Shown here piece by piece: positions 39,893 through 53,010 of a stretch of 64,000 nt of DNA. This DNA is from Octopus bimaculoides (lineage: Eukaryota). How positions within the stretch are numbered: the first letter of the stretch is position 1; every line of letters starts with the position of its first letter. The stretch covers positions 52,753,328 through 52,817,327 of the forward strand of contig NC_068982.1 in assembly GCF_001194135.2 (NCBI RefSeq), written 5' to 3'. Below the pieces are notes generated by a model, which worked only from the letters and a program-made list of their open reading frames with translations, searched no databases and was not told the DNA's origin. A program made the position numbers and the translations under genes.

Positions 39893-40757
39893 CAGGGTGC
39901 GATGAGTAAATTGTCACCATTTTATATTTTTAATTTTGCACATGTGCATTGTTTGTTTTTGATTTTGTTGACTACACAGTATAGAAAGATGAGTTGGGCA
40001 CCGTCTGTGAGAAAAAAAAAGCACCATGATGCAATTCCTTCAGCCAACAATTTGGAAATGGCATGCTGTACTGATTGGCATTCGCGCCGGAAGCTCCAAT
40101 ACTAACATTTCAGAGTGTTTGGGTGTCAGTCTGAGGTCAGTGCTATCTCAAGATATGTACCGAGAGTGATAAAAATCAAACATTCCGTGATCACTAGTGA
40201 TGGCGACGTTATGCCTCCATTCATCTTCCCACACGGCCTCACACTCAACACGGAGGCCTACATCAAGTGCTCGGATGATGTAGTGCTGCCCTTGATCAAG
40301 AGGGTGGCTGCTGGAAGACCCTGGCAACAGGACTCTGCACTATGCCACACAAGCAGGAGAATCCAGTCATGGCTGTCAGACGATTTCTGCGACCACATCA
40401 CTCCTAACATCTGACCACTTAACTCGCCAGAGTGCAACCCTCTTGATTATTATGTGTGGGGCACAATTGAGCAAGAGACCAACAAAACTCCTTGTAACAC
40501 CAAAGATGAATTGAATGCCAGCATTATGGCAGCATTCACCAACTTAAGGAAGGAAACCGACCAGAATAGTTGCAGGAAATTCTGAAGTTGTCTGGAGGCC
40601 ATGGTTGAAGCCAATGGCGATTTTATTGAATAAATTTACTGTTTAGTATTTCAAAATACTTTTATGTAATTTTGGTAAACATAACTGTTAAAATGAGATG
40701 TCAGTGTAATTTTTCTTTTTGCGTAATTTAGACGACAGTTTTATTCACCGAACCCTG
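39893..40757 (+). mobile_element. Internally deleted Tc1/mariner transposon, maT (DD37D) type, 865 bp
   Basis: TA at 39891-39892 and 40758-40759; imperfect TIRs CAGGGTGCGATGAGTAAA / CAGGGTTCGGTGAATAAA; transposase remnant with 37 residues between QQD and NPLD. Confidence 0.9.
40115..40633 (+). pseudogene. maT transposase C-terminal remnant
   Basis: SDGDVMPPFIF...WQQDSALCHTS...NI*PLNSPECNPLDYYVWG...NGDFIE*; two in-frame stops; N-terminal DNA-binding domain not recognisable. Confidence 0.85.
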
Positions 40758-41595
40758 TATACTTAAAAGATAAACTGCTGGAAAATTTTACAAATTTTTA
40801 CAGTTCTAGTGATGGCTTGGATCTGTAGTCTTCGAATCAGCTTTCTTCTTTCTGGTTATGAGAAACCGAATTTCACAAGATTGGTACATAGGCAGTGTGT
40901 TACATATCCCAATGCATCAATAATTACAGGGATAAACTTGAATTTGTCATCTGGGTAGAGCAACCGCGATGACACCCCCCCCCACACACACACACAAACA
41001 CACAAGCACACACACAAACACACACACAAACATGCACACAAACACACACACACGAACATTGTTGACGAGGGTATACTAAATGCTATATGTAACAAATTCT
41101 TAATTTATTGAAATTTACTTGCGGACAGAAAACAAAATTCTGGAGATATTTGTAAACAGCTGCGAAAGGGGAAATAATTTCAATAAGAATTAAAAGAAAT
41201 TTTACGGTGATTGAAAAAAGGCAAATCTTATTTGTATTTAAGAGACTAAGTTCACCAAGTTCGTCCTCATTATTAAAAGAACAGGTCAGTTTCCAAGCAG
41301 ATTTGAACAATTTAACATATACAGAAAGACTTTAGTATATTTTTGACTGAGAATAATTGTATCTTTAAAGTGAAAAGGAACAAAAAAATGATAACTCAAT
41401 CGCCCCTGTAGCATGAATGTATGCAATAAAATGACGGGGCGATGGTGGTGTACAGAAATCTGTACGCAATGAATTCTTTAGTTATTGAAATTTTCCTCGT
41501 GGACAGAAAAGAAAAGCAAAATCTTAGCGGTGGTTATTAGCATTTCTAAAAAAGAATGGTAGAGACAATTTCAAGATAAGAAAAATAATTTCAGA

Positions 41596-41975
41596 AGTAT
41601 GGCTGTGTGGCTTACAAATTCGCTTCGCAATCACGTGGATTCGAATTCAATTCCGCTTCACGGGCTGGCAAATGCATTGTGAGTGAATTTGTTAAACGGA
41701 AACTGTGTGGAATTCTGTCATATATGTATGTGTGTGTGTGTGTGTGTGTGTGTTCGTGCGTGAGCGTCTGTCTGTGCGAGTATACATCTTTGTGTTTGCT
41801 CTCCCACGCAAGAATACCGGTGTTGGTTTATTTAGGTCTCCATAACTTATCGGTTAGGTAAAAAGAGATCAATTAAATTAGACATAAATTAAAAACGGGG
41901 ATCGGTTTGTTCGACTATACCTTTCATAGCAGTACCTCGTCATGTTTGCAGTCCAATGACTGAAACAAATACAAG
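41596..41975 (+). mobile_element. SINE family B, diverged, internal deletion
   Basis: gtatggctgtgtgg head, (GT)n core, 3' end gcagtccaatgactgaaacaa. Confidence 0.7.
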
Positions 41976-43084
41976 GCTTGAATGAATTAACCAAGGAACA
42001 GTCTGCTCTATGATTCAGAGATGAGTTACAGCTATGAATGCTTTTCTGCCTCGTTGTGGTCTAATCGGCGAAGCATCATCTTACGTCCCTATGAGAGATA
42101 TGGAGATTTACAGACATAAATATATCAGAAGATCTGCACAGTGGAATATGATAGGAATTTCAGTGTGGTTATTACATCTGGGTTGCAGTATATAATCACC
42201 AGTCTGCATCAGATCTAAAGGCCATGAAGCATAAAGAAGGCATATATGTAATCTTACCCAACTGACAGCTGTTTCAAGGCTTGGAGTATTGGATTAAATT
42301 ATATGAGCCGCCAATGCATGAGTAATGTTTAGTATTTTACTTTCTAGAATTTCACCAGTTACAGTTGTTAGCTTTGGATTGTTTTGCAACAAAATCGATA
42401 TCCGTTTCCGATTCAACCATGTTCAATTTAACCCTTATAGATTTATATCAAATTTCAGCATCATTAAAGTAATGACTATTCATTTACAGTTTGCTTATAA
42501 CTCTGCCTTTGAGTATAGATGTTCAGATATAGATTTGTAGTCACTCAATATGCCATTGATCACAGCTAAATATCTTTATCATCTTTGTCAGCATTCACCA
42601 GATAGGGGCTGATGGAATATTAATCAGCTCACTACTGTATAAACGAAACAAGGTTAAAGAAAACAAAAAACGTTCAAGACTACACAACCCCGGCTACCGC
42701 ATAGAAAGTAGCATTCTTGACGATTAAATTTCGGTGTATAGAATAAAATTTTAGAGTTTACATATTTAATAATGGGTCCATTAAAATTCTAATTAAATGT
42801 TGTTACGCTGTGAGAAAAGGCAATTTTAGCAAATGATTAATATTATTTCAATTATTTCGGTCACAACGAGAGATAGTTCCTAATATGTTGAAGTGTTATA
42901 TCCTGGTCAGTTTCTCGTCGGCAGAATAGTCATGATGTGATGATAAAAAGCAAACTTTCCTTATAATATAATGCAGCAACACTTGTAATATTGCTGCACG
43001 AGTTGGTAGGCTGGAATTAGAAGAATTAGAAGCAGGAATTAGTGTATAATTGTGTGATGTTGACACAAAATAGTTGTAAATATT

Positions 43085-43281
43085 AGTTTCAAGTTTTAGC
43101 ACAAGGTCAGCTAGTTCAGGGAAGGCGATTAGTCGATTACATCGACGCCAGTATTCAACTGATATTTATTTTCTGAAAGGCAAGGTCGAACTTTGTGGAA
43201 TGTGAACTCAGACCGTAAGAACGGACGAAAAGCTGCTAAGTATTTTGCTCGGCGTGTTAACTATTCTGCCAGTTCGCCGCC
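43085..43281 (-). mobile_element. SINE family A with internal deletion
   Basis: Reverse complement of the family A head and tail; the catcctttcggggtcga segment is missing. Confidence 0.75.
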
Positions 43282-44286
43282 TTAATATTAAAAATAAAAA
43301 CTAAGGCTCTACGCACTTTTTCTCCAAAACAAGTCTTAGGCTTTCTACTTCATTAGATGAATATATTCACAACCTAGATGATAATAAGATTAGTTATGAG
43401 TTAAAATGATCGGTGCTGTAACAAGCCATACCGTTACTGGTAAACGTCAACTCAGGTTATGTACGAAAGAGGAGTTGGAGAGTATATAAGCTAATAATAA
43501 ACGTAGTGAATGAGGCATTAGTTGCACACACCAGATGGAGTAGAACTTTCCGAAGTTGCCGGTCTAGCAACTGCCTGAACAATGAGGAGGTACGCAGACG
43601 GCCTTACAACAGACAAGGATAATAGCTACGCTATCCTCATGGTTTTCGTACATTTAGTATGATTTAGAAAATCCCTCTACATGAATACTCCTGTTTTTAT
43701 AACTCTGTACAAACCCTGTCCTCATCCTATTCACCTATGTATATACTCCTACTGTGTTTATATCAGCAACATGTTTATTGAATATAGGATTGAATAGTAC
43801 TATGAGCAATGATTTAGGCGATAATGGATAACTTAATGCTCCTACCGGCTTGGAAATCATCCGATCAAAGGGGTACAGCATCCAGGCACTGATGACCTGG
43901 GTCACTCGTAATAATACACCTCAGCATAAAGATGTACATACATTCATATATANNNNNNNNNNNNNNNNNNNNNNNNNNNNNNNNNNNNNNNNNNNNNNNN
44001 NNNNNNNNNNNNNNNNNNNNNNNNNNNNNNNNNNNNNNNNNNNNNNNNNNNNNNNNNNNNNNNNNNNNNNNNNNNNNNNNNNNNNNNNNNNNNNNNNNNN
44101 NNNNNNNNNNNNNNNNNNNNNNNNNNNNNNNNNNNNNNNNNNNNNNNNNNNNNNNNNNNNNNNNNNNNNNNNNNNNNNNNNNNNNNNNNNNNNNNNNNNN
44201 NNNNNNNNNNNNNNNNNNNNNNNNNNNNNNNNNNNNNNNNNNNNNNNNNNNNNNNNNNNNNNNNNNNNNNNNNNNNNNNNNNNNNN

Positions 44287-44350
<64 letters not shown>

Positions 44351-45400
44351 ATGCGTGTATGTATATATTATGTATGTATGTATACAGTCTTTGAAAATAC
44401 GTCAAATGGCGTAGAATACGGTGCCAATCAGTGTTTAAATCAAGTCAAATTTCAAAAATCCAATGTCTCAATAATGGAATACTTAATCTAGCTGCACAAG
44501 AGTTGGCTGTAGAAAACGTAGAAAACGCACTGATCAAACTACTGACAATAACGATAAAATAAAAGACCGACAAGCAGATGTTTATGGCATCAAAGAATTT
44601 ATAACGATAATTACACAAATATAAATATAATTAAAGAAAAGAAGGAAGGTAATCCATGACAGTTCTTCACAGATATATAGATGTCTAGAGGTTACATAGG
44701 CGAAAACACGATTAAGAAGAAAGAAGAAAACTCATGGCTATCCATTACATCCACTTCAGGGATAACTACTGGTTATCTATTTGTAAAGGTCTGTGAATGT
44801 GCGTATGAAGGTCACTCTGATATAGAGCTAGATATGCAGGTAGTGGCGCTGCGCTTTTGGGGTATCTTTTGCTTGCGCTTGAGATCATGACGATACAACA
44901 TCTCTGAACCTGCGATCAATATTGACACGAAATATTTCTGGATCATGTCAATAGGGTGGACAGGGTCTGGGAAGTGTTATGCAAAACTTACTGGATATAA
45001 ACTATTTGTACAAGTAGTGCTTTGTCAATGATGGTCATAGTCGGGTACAAGTTGACAGCCATCATATGTATATATAACTATAACTCTTTCGAAACGCCAG
45101 TGTTATAATGGTGGCAGCTGATGAAAGAAATGTTCTCTATGTGGCCTGTGTGTTTTTTGTACCCTGTTTATCATTTTGTCCATGTTTTTTTGCAACGTCA
45201 TGTACCCAGATATGCATCTATATATACATGTAGATGAAGGTACATGTACATATATATGCATATACTCATATATTATTTATATATATAAATATATATGTAC
45301 ATACATGCGCACACACACAGACACACACACACACACAAACACAGACAGACAGACAGACACGTATTATATAGAGATACACATACGTACGCATATACACACA

Positions 45401-45474
<74 letters not shown>

Positions 45475-46220
45475 CATATATATATATATCGTTGTGGTGT
45501 ATCTACGAACACGAATGAACTTATGAAGTAAATCCAGCGGCATTTATATCCATGCTGTTCATAACATCATGTAACCGAATACAGTGAACGGACTTTAAAT
45601 GCCACACTACAAGGTGTACACCCGAATCTAAAAATTGTAAGCGTGCGCGCGCATGATTGTGGGCGTCTTTGTCTGTGCATACCTTCTGAAGTTTGTGTGT
45701 GAAGTCTAGTCTGGTTTTCTTAAATACTAAACTATAGTTAAACAGATATTGATAAACTAAGTACCGAGATTGTTATGAGTGACCAAATCTTTAGAACATT
45801 AGCATGGTCTGAAACTAATCTTAAACGCACGCATGTTGTGGGCAGCATGCTTGGGGACCAACAATCATTTCTTCGATGAACTGAACTACCGACTTATTAT
45901 ATATTAACGTTTTTGTCGTTGAGTCGTCTCCTTAAATACAGTTTTCAGGCCGTGTCAGCATAGCAAAAATATATCAGTGTATCTCTTTCAGTCGCATGTA
46001 TACGACGCAATTCTACATAGTTTCAGTTTACCCAGTGTCAATGACAAGACTTCTGTCGAATCGACGCTAAGGTGGAAGACACTTACTCAAGTCTCATATA
46101 AAGAGACCTCAGGATTGCAAGATACAAAGAAACACAATGACACACACACACATTCAAAATTGATATGGTTTAGATAATATATATAAATAATACAAACATA
46201 TATATATATATATATATATA

Positions 46221-46954
46221 NNNNNNNNNNNNNNNNNNNNNNNNNNNNNNNNNNNNNNNNNNNNNNNNNNNNNNNNNNNNNNNNNNNNNNNNNNNNNNNN
46301 NNNNNNNNNNNNNNNNNNNNNNNNNNNNNNNNNNNNNNNNNNNNNNNNNNNNNNNNNNNNNNNNNNNNNNNNNNNNNNNNNNNNNNNNNNNNNNNNNNNN
46401 NNNNNNNNNNNNNNNNNNNNNNNNNNNNNNNNNNNNNNNNNNNNNNNNNNNNNNNNNNNNNNNNNNNNNNNNNNNNNNNNNNNNNNNNNNNNNNNNNNNN
46501 NNNNNNNNNNNNNNNNNNNNNNNNNNNNNNNNNNNNNNNNNNNNNNNNNNNNNNNNNNNNNNNNNNNNNNNNNNNNNNNNNNNNNNNNNNNNNNNNNNNN
46601 NNNNNNNNNNNNNNNNNNNNNNNNNNNNNNNNNNNNNNNNNNNNNNNNNNNNNNNNNNNNNNNNNNNNNNNNNNNNNNNNNNNNNNNNNNNNNNNNNNNN
46701 NNNNNNNNNNNNNNNNNNNNNNNNNNNNNNNNNNNNNNNNNNNNNNNNNNNNNNNNNNNNNNNNNNNNNNNNNNNNNNNNNNNNNNNNNNNNNNNNNNNN
46801 NNNNNNNNNNNNNNNNNNNNNNNNNNNNNNNNNNNNNNNNNNNNNNNNNNNNNNNNNNNNNNNNNNNNNNNNNNNNNNNNNNNNNNNNNNNNNNNNNNNN
46901 NNNNNNNNNNNNNNNNNNNNNNNNNNNNNNNNNNNNNNNNNNNNNNNNNNNNNN
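46221..46954. other. Assembly gap (734 N). Other large gaps: 24538-24778, 43953-44286, 47682-48245
   Basis: N runs, usually flanked by (TA)n or (GT)n. Confidence 0.99.
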
Positions 46955-47193
46955 AGACATGGATGCGGAGGTCTTCAAGACAAAACTTGACGCTTTCCTC
47001 TCCACGATACCAGGCGAACCAATGGCTCGTAATGAGACGCAGTTTAGGGCAGCTATGTCAAATTTTCTTATACACCAGATGTGCCATCAAAACTCTTGAC
47101 TGGACCATGTCAGGTGAGGGAGAAGAGCCATGCAAGGAACGTGAAAATCACGGTGGTGCACCAGCATGACCGCAGCCACTTGGCTGAAACACA

Positions 47194-47230
<37 letters not shown>
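46955..47230 (+). mobile_element. CR1-group LINE 3' end (copy 2), 5' part hidden in a 734-N gap
   Basis: Near-identical to 10008-10270; 46959-47099 encodes MDAEVFKTKLDAFLSTIPGEPMARNETQFRAAMSNFLIHQMCHQNS*; (TAAA)n tail followed by (TA)n. Confidence 0.8.
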
Positions 47231-47259
<29 letters not shown>

Positions 47260-47546
47260 CTGTGTGTGCGTGTGTGTTTATAGAAACATGTATATACAAC
47301 CACGGACAGCTGTCGCTATTCAAGATATGAATCTATGAGTGGATGTGCGCATGCGTGCTTGTATGAGTATATCTATATCTATGTGTATGGTTTATTTATG
47401 TATTCTTATATACGCATGACTCGATATCTGCGTGTTTGAATGACGTATGTGTTGACACATATACAATTATATCTACTCATGTGAATGTGTGTGTGTATGG
47501 CTGTGTTATGTGTGTACACAAATATGTTTATATGTATGTATGTATA

Positions 47547-47592
<46 letters not shown>

Positions 47593-47649
47593 ATATATAT
47601 ATATATATATATAGATATATATATGTATATATAGATAGATATATATGTA

Positions 47650-47681
<32 letters not shown>

Positions 47682-48949
47682 NNNNNNNNNNNNNNNNNNN
47701 NNNNNNNNNNNNNNNNNNNNNNNNNNNNNNNNNNNNNNNNNNNNNNNNNNNNNNNNNNNNNNNNNNNNNNNNNNNNNNNNNNNNNNNNNNNNNNNNNNNN
47801 NNNNNNNNNNNNNNNNNNNNNNNNNNNNNNNNNNNNNNNNNNNNNNNNNNNNNNNNNNNNNNNNNNNNNNNNNNNNNNNNNNNNNNNNNNNNNNNNNNNN
47901 NNNNNNNNNNNNNNNNNNNNNNNNNNNNNNNNNNNNNNNNNNNNNNNNNNNNNNNNNNNNNNNNNNNNNNNNNNNNNNNNNNNNNNNNNNNNNNNNNNNN
48001 NNNNNNNNNNNNNNNNNNNNNNNNNNNNNNNNNNNNNNNNNNNNNNNNNNNNNNNNNNNNNNNNNNNNNNNNNNNNNNNNNNNNNNNNNNNNNNNNNNNN
48101 NNNNNNNNNNNNNNNNNNNNNNNNNNNNNNNNNNNNNNNNNNNNNNNNNNNNNNNNNNNNNNNNNNNNNNNNNNNNNNNNNNNNNNNNNNNNNNNNNNNN
48201 NNNNNNNNNNNNNNNNNNNNNNNNNNNNNNNNNNNNNNNNNNNNNTATATATATATATATATATATATATACATAAATAAATTCCTACATACATACACGC
48301 ACATACACACGCACAATACATCCACATACACACGCGCGCACACACACACACATAGACACACACAGGCACACACATACACGCATACACACACGCACGAATA
48401 TAGGTCTTGTGTCTACAAATCTGAATTGGTATGTTTGGATAATTATTGTGCTCTGAAGCTTATAGAATGTTTTTACTTTTTGATTTATAAGTACTTGTTT
48501 CATGAACTTGCAATTCCTATATATTTTGTCTAGACAATGATATTATATCTTAACGTTTTCTGTATACTCCGTATGTTCACAATATGTTAACTTCGAACAG
48601 AGACAAGTATACCTCGAAAGTTATATGATTATCTCATGAGTATATATCCGTTCTTTTCTACCAGGAGCAGCAGGCATATGTTGTTATAGTTGTTGTTCTT
48701 TCACCCAAGACCGACAGTGACAGAACACTTCTATTATCAATGGAATTGTAGTCTTCTTATGGCTGTGTAAGACTGGATTATTTAAAACGTCCTTTCCTTA
48801 TTTAAGATGGCATGATATGTTTAGAGAAACAAAATGAGGCTGATATGTTTAGCAGGGCAAAGATTCGTTATCGTCTCCACAGCAATGTACTTTAAGGCAA
48901 GATGAAATGTTACGCTGTGAAGATGATTCATTTCCACAATCATAAATCT

Positions 48950-49136
48950 TTTATCTTTTACCTTTTACTTGTTATTCATTTGACTGCGGCGATGGTGGAC
49001 CACGCCAGGAGTTTTTTTTTTCTAAGCTTAATATTTATTGTATAGGTCTATTTTGACGAACCGCTAGTTTACGCGAACGTAAACAAACCAAAATTGGTTA
49101 TCAAGCGGTGATGGAGGAACAAACATAGACACAAAG

Positions 49137-49190
<54 letters not shown>

Positions 49191-49207
49191 NNNNNNNNNN
49201 NNNNNNN

Positions 49208-49243
<36 letters not shown>

Positions 49244-49394
49244 TAGGATTCTTTCAGTTTCCGTCTACCAAATCCACTTACAAGGCTTTGGTCGGCCCCA
49301 GGCTATAGTAGAAGACACTTGCCCATGGTATCACTCAGTTGGACTGAAGCCGGAACCATGTGGTTGAGAAGCAAGCTTCTTACTACACAGCCAC
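48950..49394 (-). mobile_element. SINE family B, full length
   Basis: Same head, central and 3' segments as 15848-16230, with the central segment undeleted. Confidence 0.8.
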
Positions 49395-50618
49395 AGTAGC
49401 TCAGTCATGTAATAAGCTTCACTGGAGGTTTACATCTTCCTCGACATCACTTGTTAGCCACAAATGTCCGTACATAATGTTGTTGTTTTTCATTTTGAAG
49501 ACATACTCGTAATTATAAGACAGTTTGTATGAAAAATTTAGTGGTATTTAAACGGAAATCAATACGGAATCGCAGAAAGTTGGCTGCGTAAATAGGGTTT
49601 TATCTTTAATACAGAACGTTTGTTACAAATTATTTCATCCTATGTGAAACTATTGAGCTATTAACACATATGCCATATAATACTGAATATATTATTTCAT
49701 ATCTTGTAATGACACTGACATAGTAAACAACCTCATACAAATATCTCGCGATGGAAATTCTGTTGAGACAAAGAATAGTGTAGACTGCACAAAAGTCAAT
49801 GTCAGCCTATGAAGGCAGCCCATATAAGAGAAGGTAAGTCCATTTTAAATCTCCACCAATTTGTAACTATATCAATCCGTAAGAAAGGATTTGAATGCCG
49901 TGGACTCTGTAAAAGTATCTTGATTCAAAGTCTTTAAGGTAACTAGTCATGATCTTCGATTTCGTCTGGTAGCTCTTGCAACGCCGCTTTTATAACAAAG
50001 TGTAGCAGTCCTGTCATTTTTTAAAATTTATCACCGTCCTATAGAGAAGGACGTGGTGTTTGGGTAATAATTTACAATCTATCCTTCATATCACGGAGTC
50101 CTACATCTACCTAAGCCTCTCAACCATACACAAACTCTAGATACGGTGTCAACACAGCACGAGAAACAACACGTACCAGAACTCATTGCCCTATTGGCAT
50201 AGACCGTAGCATCCGCTTTTGTTACTGATAGTAACAATAATCTTTGTATTTCATTGGAAAACTTCTGCTTGTCTCAATTATGGTTGCCTCCGCATGTCTT
50301 TCCTGGTCTGAGTTTTTGACTTCCTAGCATGTCATCACAGGCAGCGCAGGGTTGATATTCATTCATTAAATATAGAAGCTAAAGGAAATGATTAAAAAGC
50401 ATTGGCACTTCATGTGCTGGTGGTTTGATATGCCTCGTGGACGAAATTTTGGCAGCAGTGTACACTAATGGATAATAGCAAAACCTGTAGAATATTCACG
50501 GTTTCCGCCAGTGAACATTGAGAACATTGCTTTATTATTGTGATGGTGGAGATGGCAGAGGATGCTAGGTAAGCGAGAGAGGGGGAGTAGAAAGGGAGAG
50601 TGAGAGAGAGAAAGAGAG

Positions 50619-50652
<34 letters not shown>

Positions 50653-51994
50653 GTGGCGAGTGATGGAAGAGAAAATTGTGATGAAAGTTAATTTAGGTGG
50701 TAACACTGAAAGATAGGAAAAAAGTAAACGTCGATGAATCGATTCAGACATATAATCATGTGTACGAGCATACACGCTCTCACACAACTATATATATGTA
50801 TACATATGTGTAAATGTGTGTGTGTGTCTATACACACATAGATAGAAACAATAGATACACACATAGATAGAAACAATACATTAAGAACTGTAATAATTTG
50901 TTGTGACGGTGATGCTGGCAAGGTTTTAGTTTATGTAGGTGCTGAAATTAGTGTAGGTGGTGGTTGTTTTTGTAAGTTGTAAGGAGTTCACGGCGAGTAA
51001 GTTATTTATTTTTTTTTTTTCTGGCTTGAAATTTAAAACAATGCTGTACGACTTAATACACGCACCTTATCACAAGTAATTGCTCTCTAGTAATGTCGCT
51101 GCCACTACCACTCCCACCACCACCACCACCACCACCACCACCACCACCTCTATCAAGACTTCGAATAAAGAAGCAACAGCAGTGACAAAAAAAAAAAAGA
51201 AAGAAGATAAACATCACCACTATCTCCATGACCGCCATTTACAAGTTTTATCTCTTATTGTCTCTTTGTTTTTTCTTTATCTTTTGTAAGACTGACTTTC
51301 TTTTGAGCTGCTTCCATTAGCGTGACGCAAAAGGTAGTTAGGAACCTACCATTGTATTAATGTGTGTGTGTGTGTGTGTGCGTGTTTTGGGCTAGTGGAA
51401 TGATGGTGCTGGTGCACAATAAATCAATGAACAAACGACTAAATATGAGAACCTGTTGAAAGCAAGTGAACCAGATTTTTGATAAATATCGTAAAGCTAG
51501 ATCACTGTGAATCAAAGAGATGAAGAGATGCATTTTTTCTAATTGGTGATGATGTGCTGCGAACAACTGCTGTTTACTTAAGTATAAATAATGAGACGCG
51601 TTTGTTAAACAGAAAGCATGCTCTGACTAGCAATTGGTCAGGAATGCTGACAACATCTTATTTTCTACTCTTGTTCCTTCTAATATATTTTTCTTCTCGA
51701 TTCTAAATTCTTAAAACTTCAGTTGATTATACTTTTCTTTATTCTTGAGCAGTTTATTGTTGACTGGAATTTCTCCATGCCATGCATTTGATTAGCAATT
51801 CAATTTTGATTTACATCTTTTCTCGAAATCAAATATTTCCCAATTTACCTCCAATCAATTATAGCTGTTGTGGATTATTCTGTTGATTGCTTTTTTATGG
51901 TAAATTATTGTTTTCCTTTTATTTGTGTTAACCAAAATAATGCAATAGGTATTGTGCCATTTGGTTCAGAAGGTCAAATCATTCTGCAAATGAT

Positions 51995-51995
<1 letters not shown>

Positions 51996-52034
<39 letters not shown>

Positions 52035-52053
52035 CAGTAGCAGCAGTAGCAGC
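51996..52053. repeat. (CAG)n/(TAG) trinucleotide repeat
   Basis: Direct inspection; in-frame TAG units argue against a poly-Q exon. Confidence 0.9.
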
Positions 52054-52239
52054 ATAGCCTTAACTTCTTTATGTAATTTTTCTTCTCTCTGGTGGTACGT
52101 ATGACTGACACAATTGAAAATTGGGATTTTATGACCGAAAAATCTCAGATCAGTTTCTACTAGTGACAATTTTATGAAAAATGAGTTGATGGAGAAGCTA
52201 TATTTCTGTAAACATTTTAAATGAGAGTGGCAAGTATGA

Positions 52240-52632
52240 TCTGGTTGAATGAGTCTGTTATTAGTATACTCGTAGGTCGCCAAGTTGAGAGAGGAGCTTC
52301 CTAGACGGACTGAGCCCTTGATGCTAAATAGTTCCCACAAGTGGCCATCTACTTTCACTACTGTGCAAATGTCGCTGTACATTACAGTGATCCAGCTTCT
52401 GAAGACGAGTTCAAAGCCAGCGCGATTAGGACAGCCGCCAAATATTGATAGTCGACCATATGAAGCTCTTTTTAGTGATCTAAATTGATCAGGGCTCCAC
52501 CCATATCAGGTTCTTTACCTGTCCTCTAGGTATCGTGTGAATTAAATGTTTGTCGTGAATCTTTTTGACATGACGCACGTTTGTGCTTCACCTTCCAAAA
52601 TATCAACAGCAAGCACCAACTTCTTTGCTAAT
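52240..52632 (-). mobile_element. Decayed Tx1/L1-clade LINE RT fragment (same family as 11290-12575)
   Basis: LAKKLVLAVDILEGEAQTC...GALINLDH...YQYLAAVL...VFRSWITVMYSDICTVVKVDGHLWELFSIKGSVRLG (cf. SVRQGCPLSP). Confidence 0.75.
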
Positions 52633-52821
52633 ACCGCATCCTTAGAAAAACCCTATCAATTTAAATGTCTGTGTTGTATTACATGAAAATATTTCGCTAC
52701 TGACCCTGCTATTTGCCCTCTCCAAGCTTTCAGCCATACTGTAAAATCTCTTTTCCTTCACTCGCCCTAGGACACTGGGTGTCTCAGCAAGTGATTGTAA
52801 CAAACATGCAGATTAAAAGTA
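52633..52821 (+). mobile_element. R4/Dong-like LINE 3' end (copy 3)
   Basis: RILRKTLSI* (stop 52662-52664) and UTR matching copy 1 (catccttagaaaaaccctat...atttaaatgtctg), followed by (TAA)n. Confidence 0.75.
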
Positions 52822-52887
<66 letters not shown>

Positions 52888-52888
52888 T

Positions 52889-52919
<31 letters not shown>

Positions 52920-52950
52920 CAACAATAACGACAACAACAACAACAACAAC
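52822..52950. repeat. (TAA)n(CAA)n microsatellite
   Basis: Direct inspection. Confidence 0.95.
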
Positions 52951-53010
52951 CTTATCAACTCCGAAAAGAAGAAAGGCAAAGTCGACCCTGGCGGAGTTTG
53001 AACTCAGAAC
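52950..53010 (-). mobile_element. SINE family A internal fragment
   Basis: aaaggcaaagtcgaccctggcggagtttgaactcagaac is the reverse complement of the B-box region. Similar degraded pieces near 8340-8425(-), 10760-10810(-), 16440-16540(-), 57365-57470(+), 58545-58670(+). Confidence 0.6.

Larger units (their letters stand above)
39691..40970 (-). mobile_element. Second copy of the same RLE LINE family (3' end only), split by a maT insertion
   Basis: 40760-40965 encodes LYPDDKFKFIPVIIDALGYV...PERRKLIRRLQIQAITRTVKICKIFQQFIF*; 39691-39892 matches the UTR at 61318-61515. Confidence 0.85.

Noticed and set aside
45078-45130. GAAAC upstream of CTGATGA (possible type II hammerhead)
   Set aside because: Required stems I-III cannot be formed around the core
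43850-48533. Long ORFs of 140-365 aa
   Set aside because: Composed mostly of N gaps (X) and SSRs
51996-52053. Poly-glutamine exon
   Set aside because: Interrupted by in-frame TAG triplets and lies next to LINE debris
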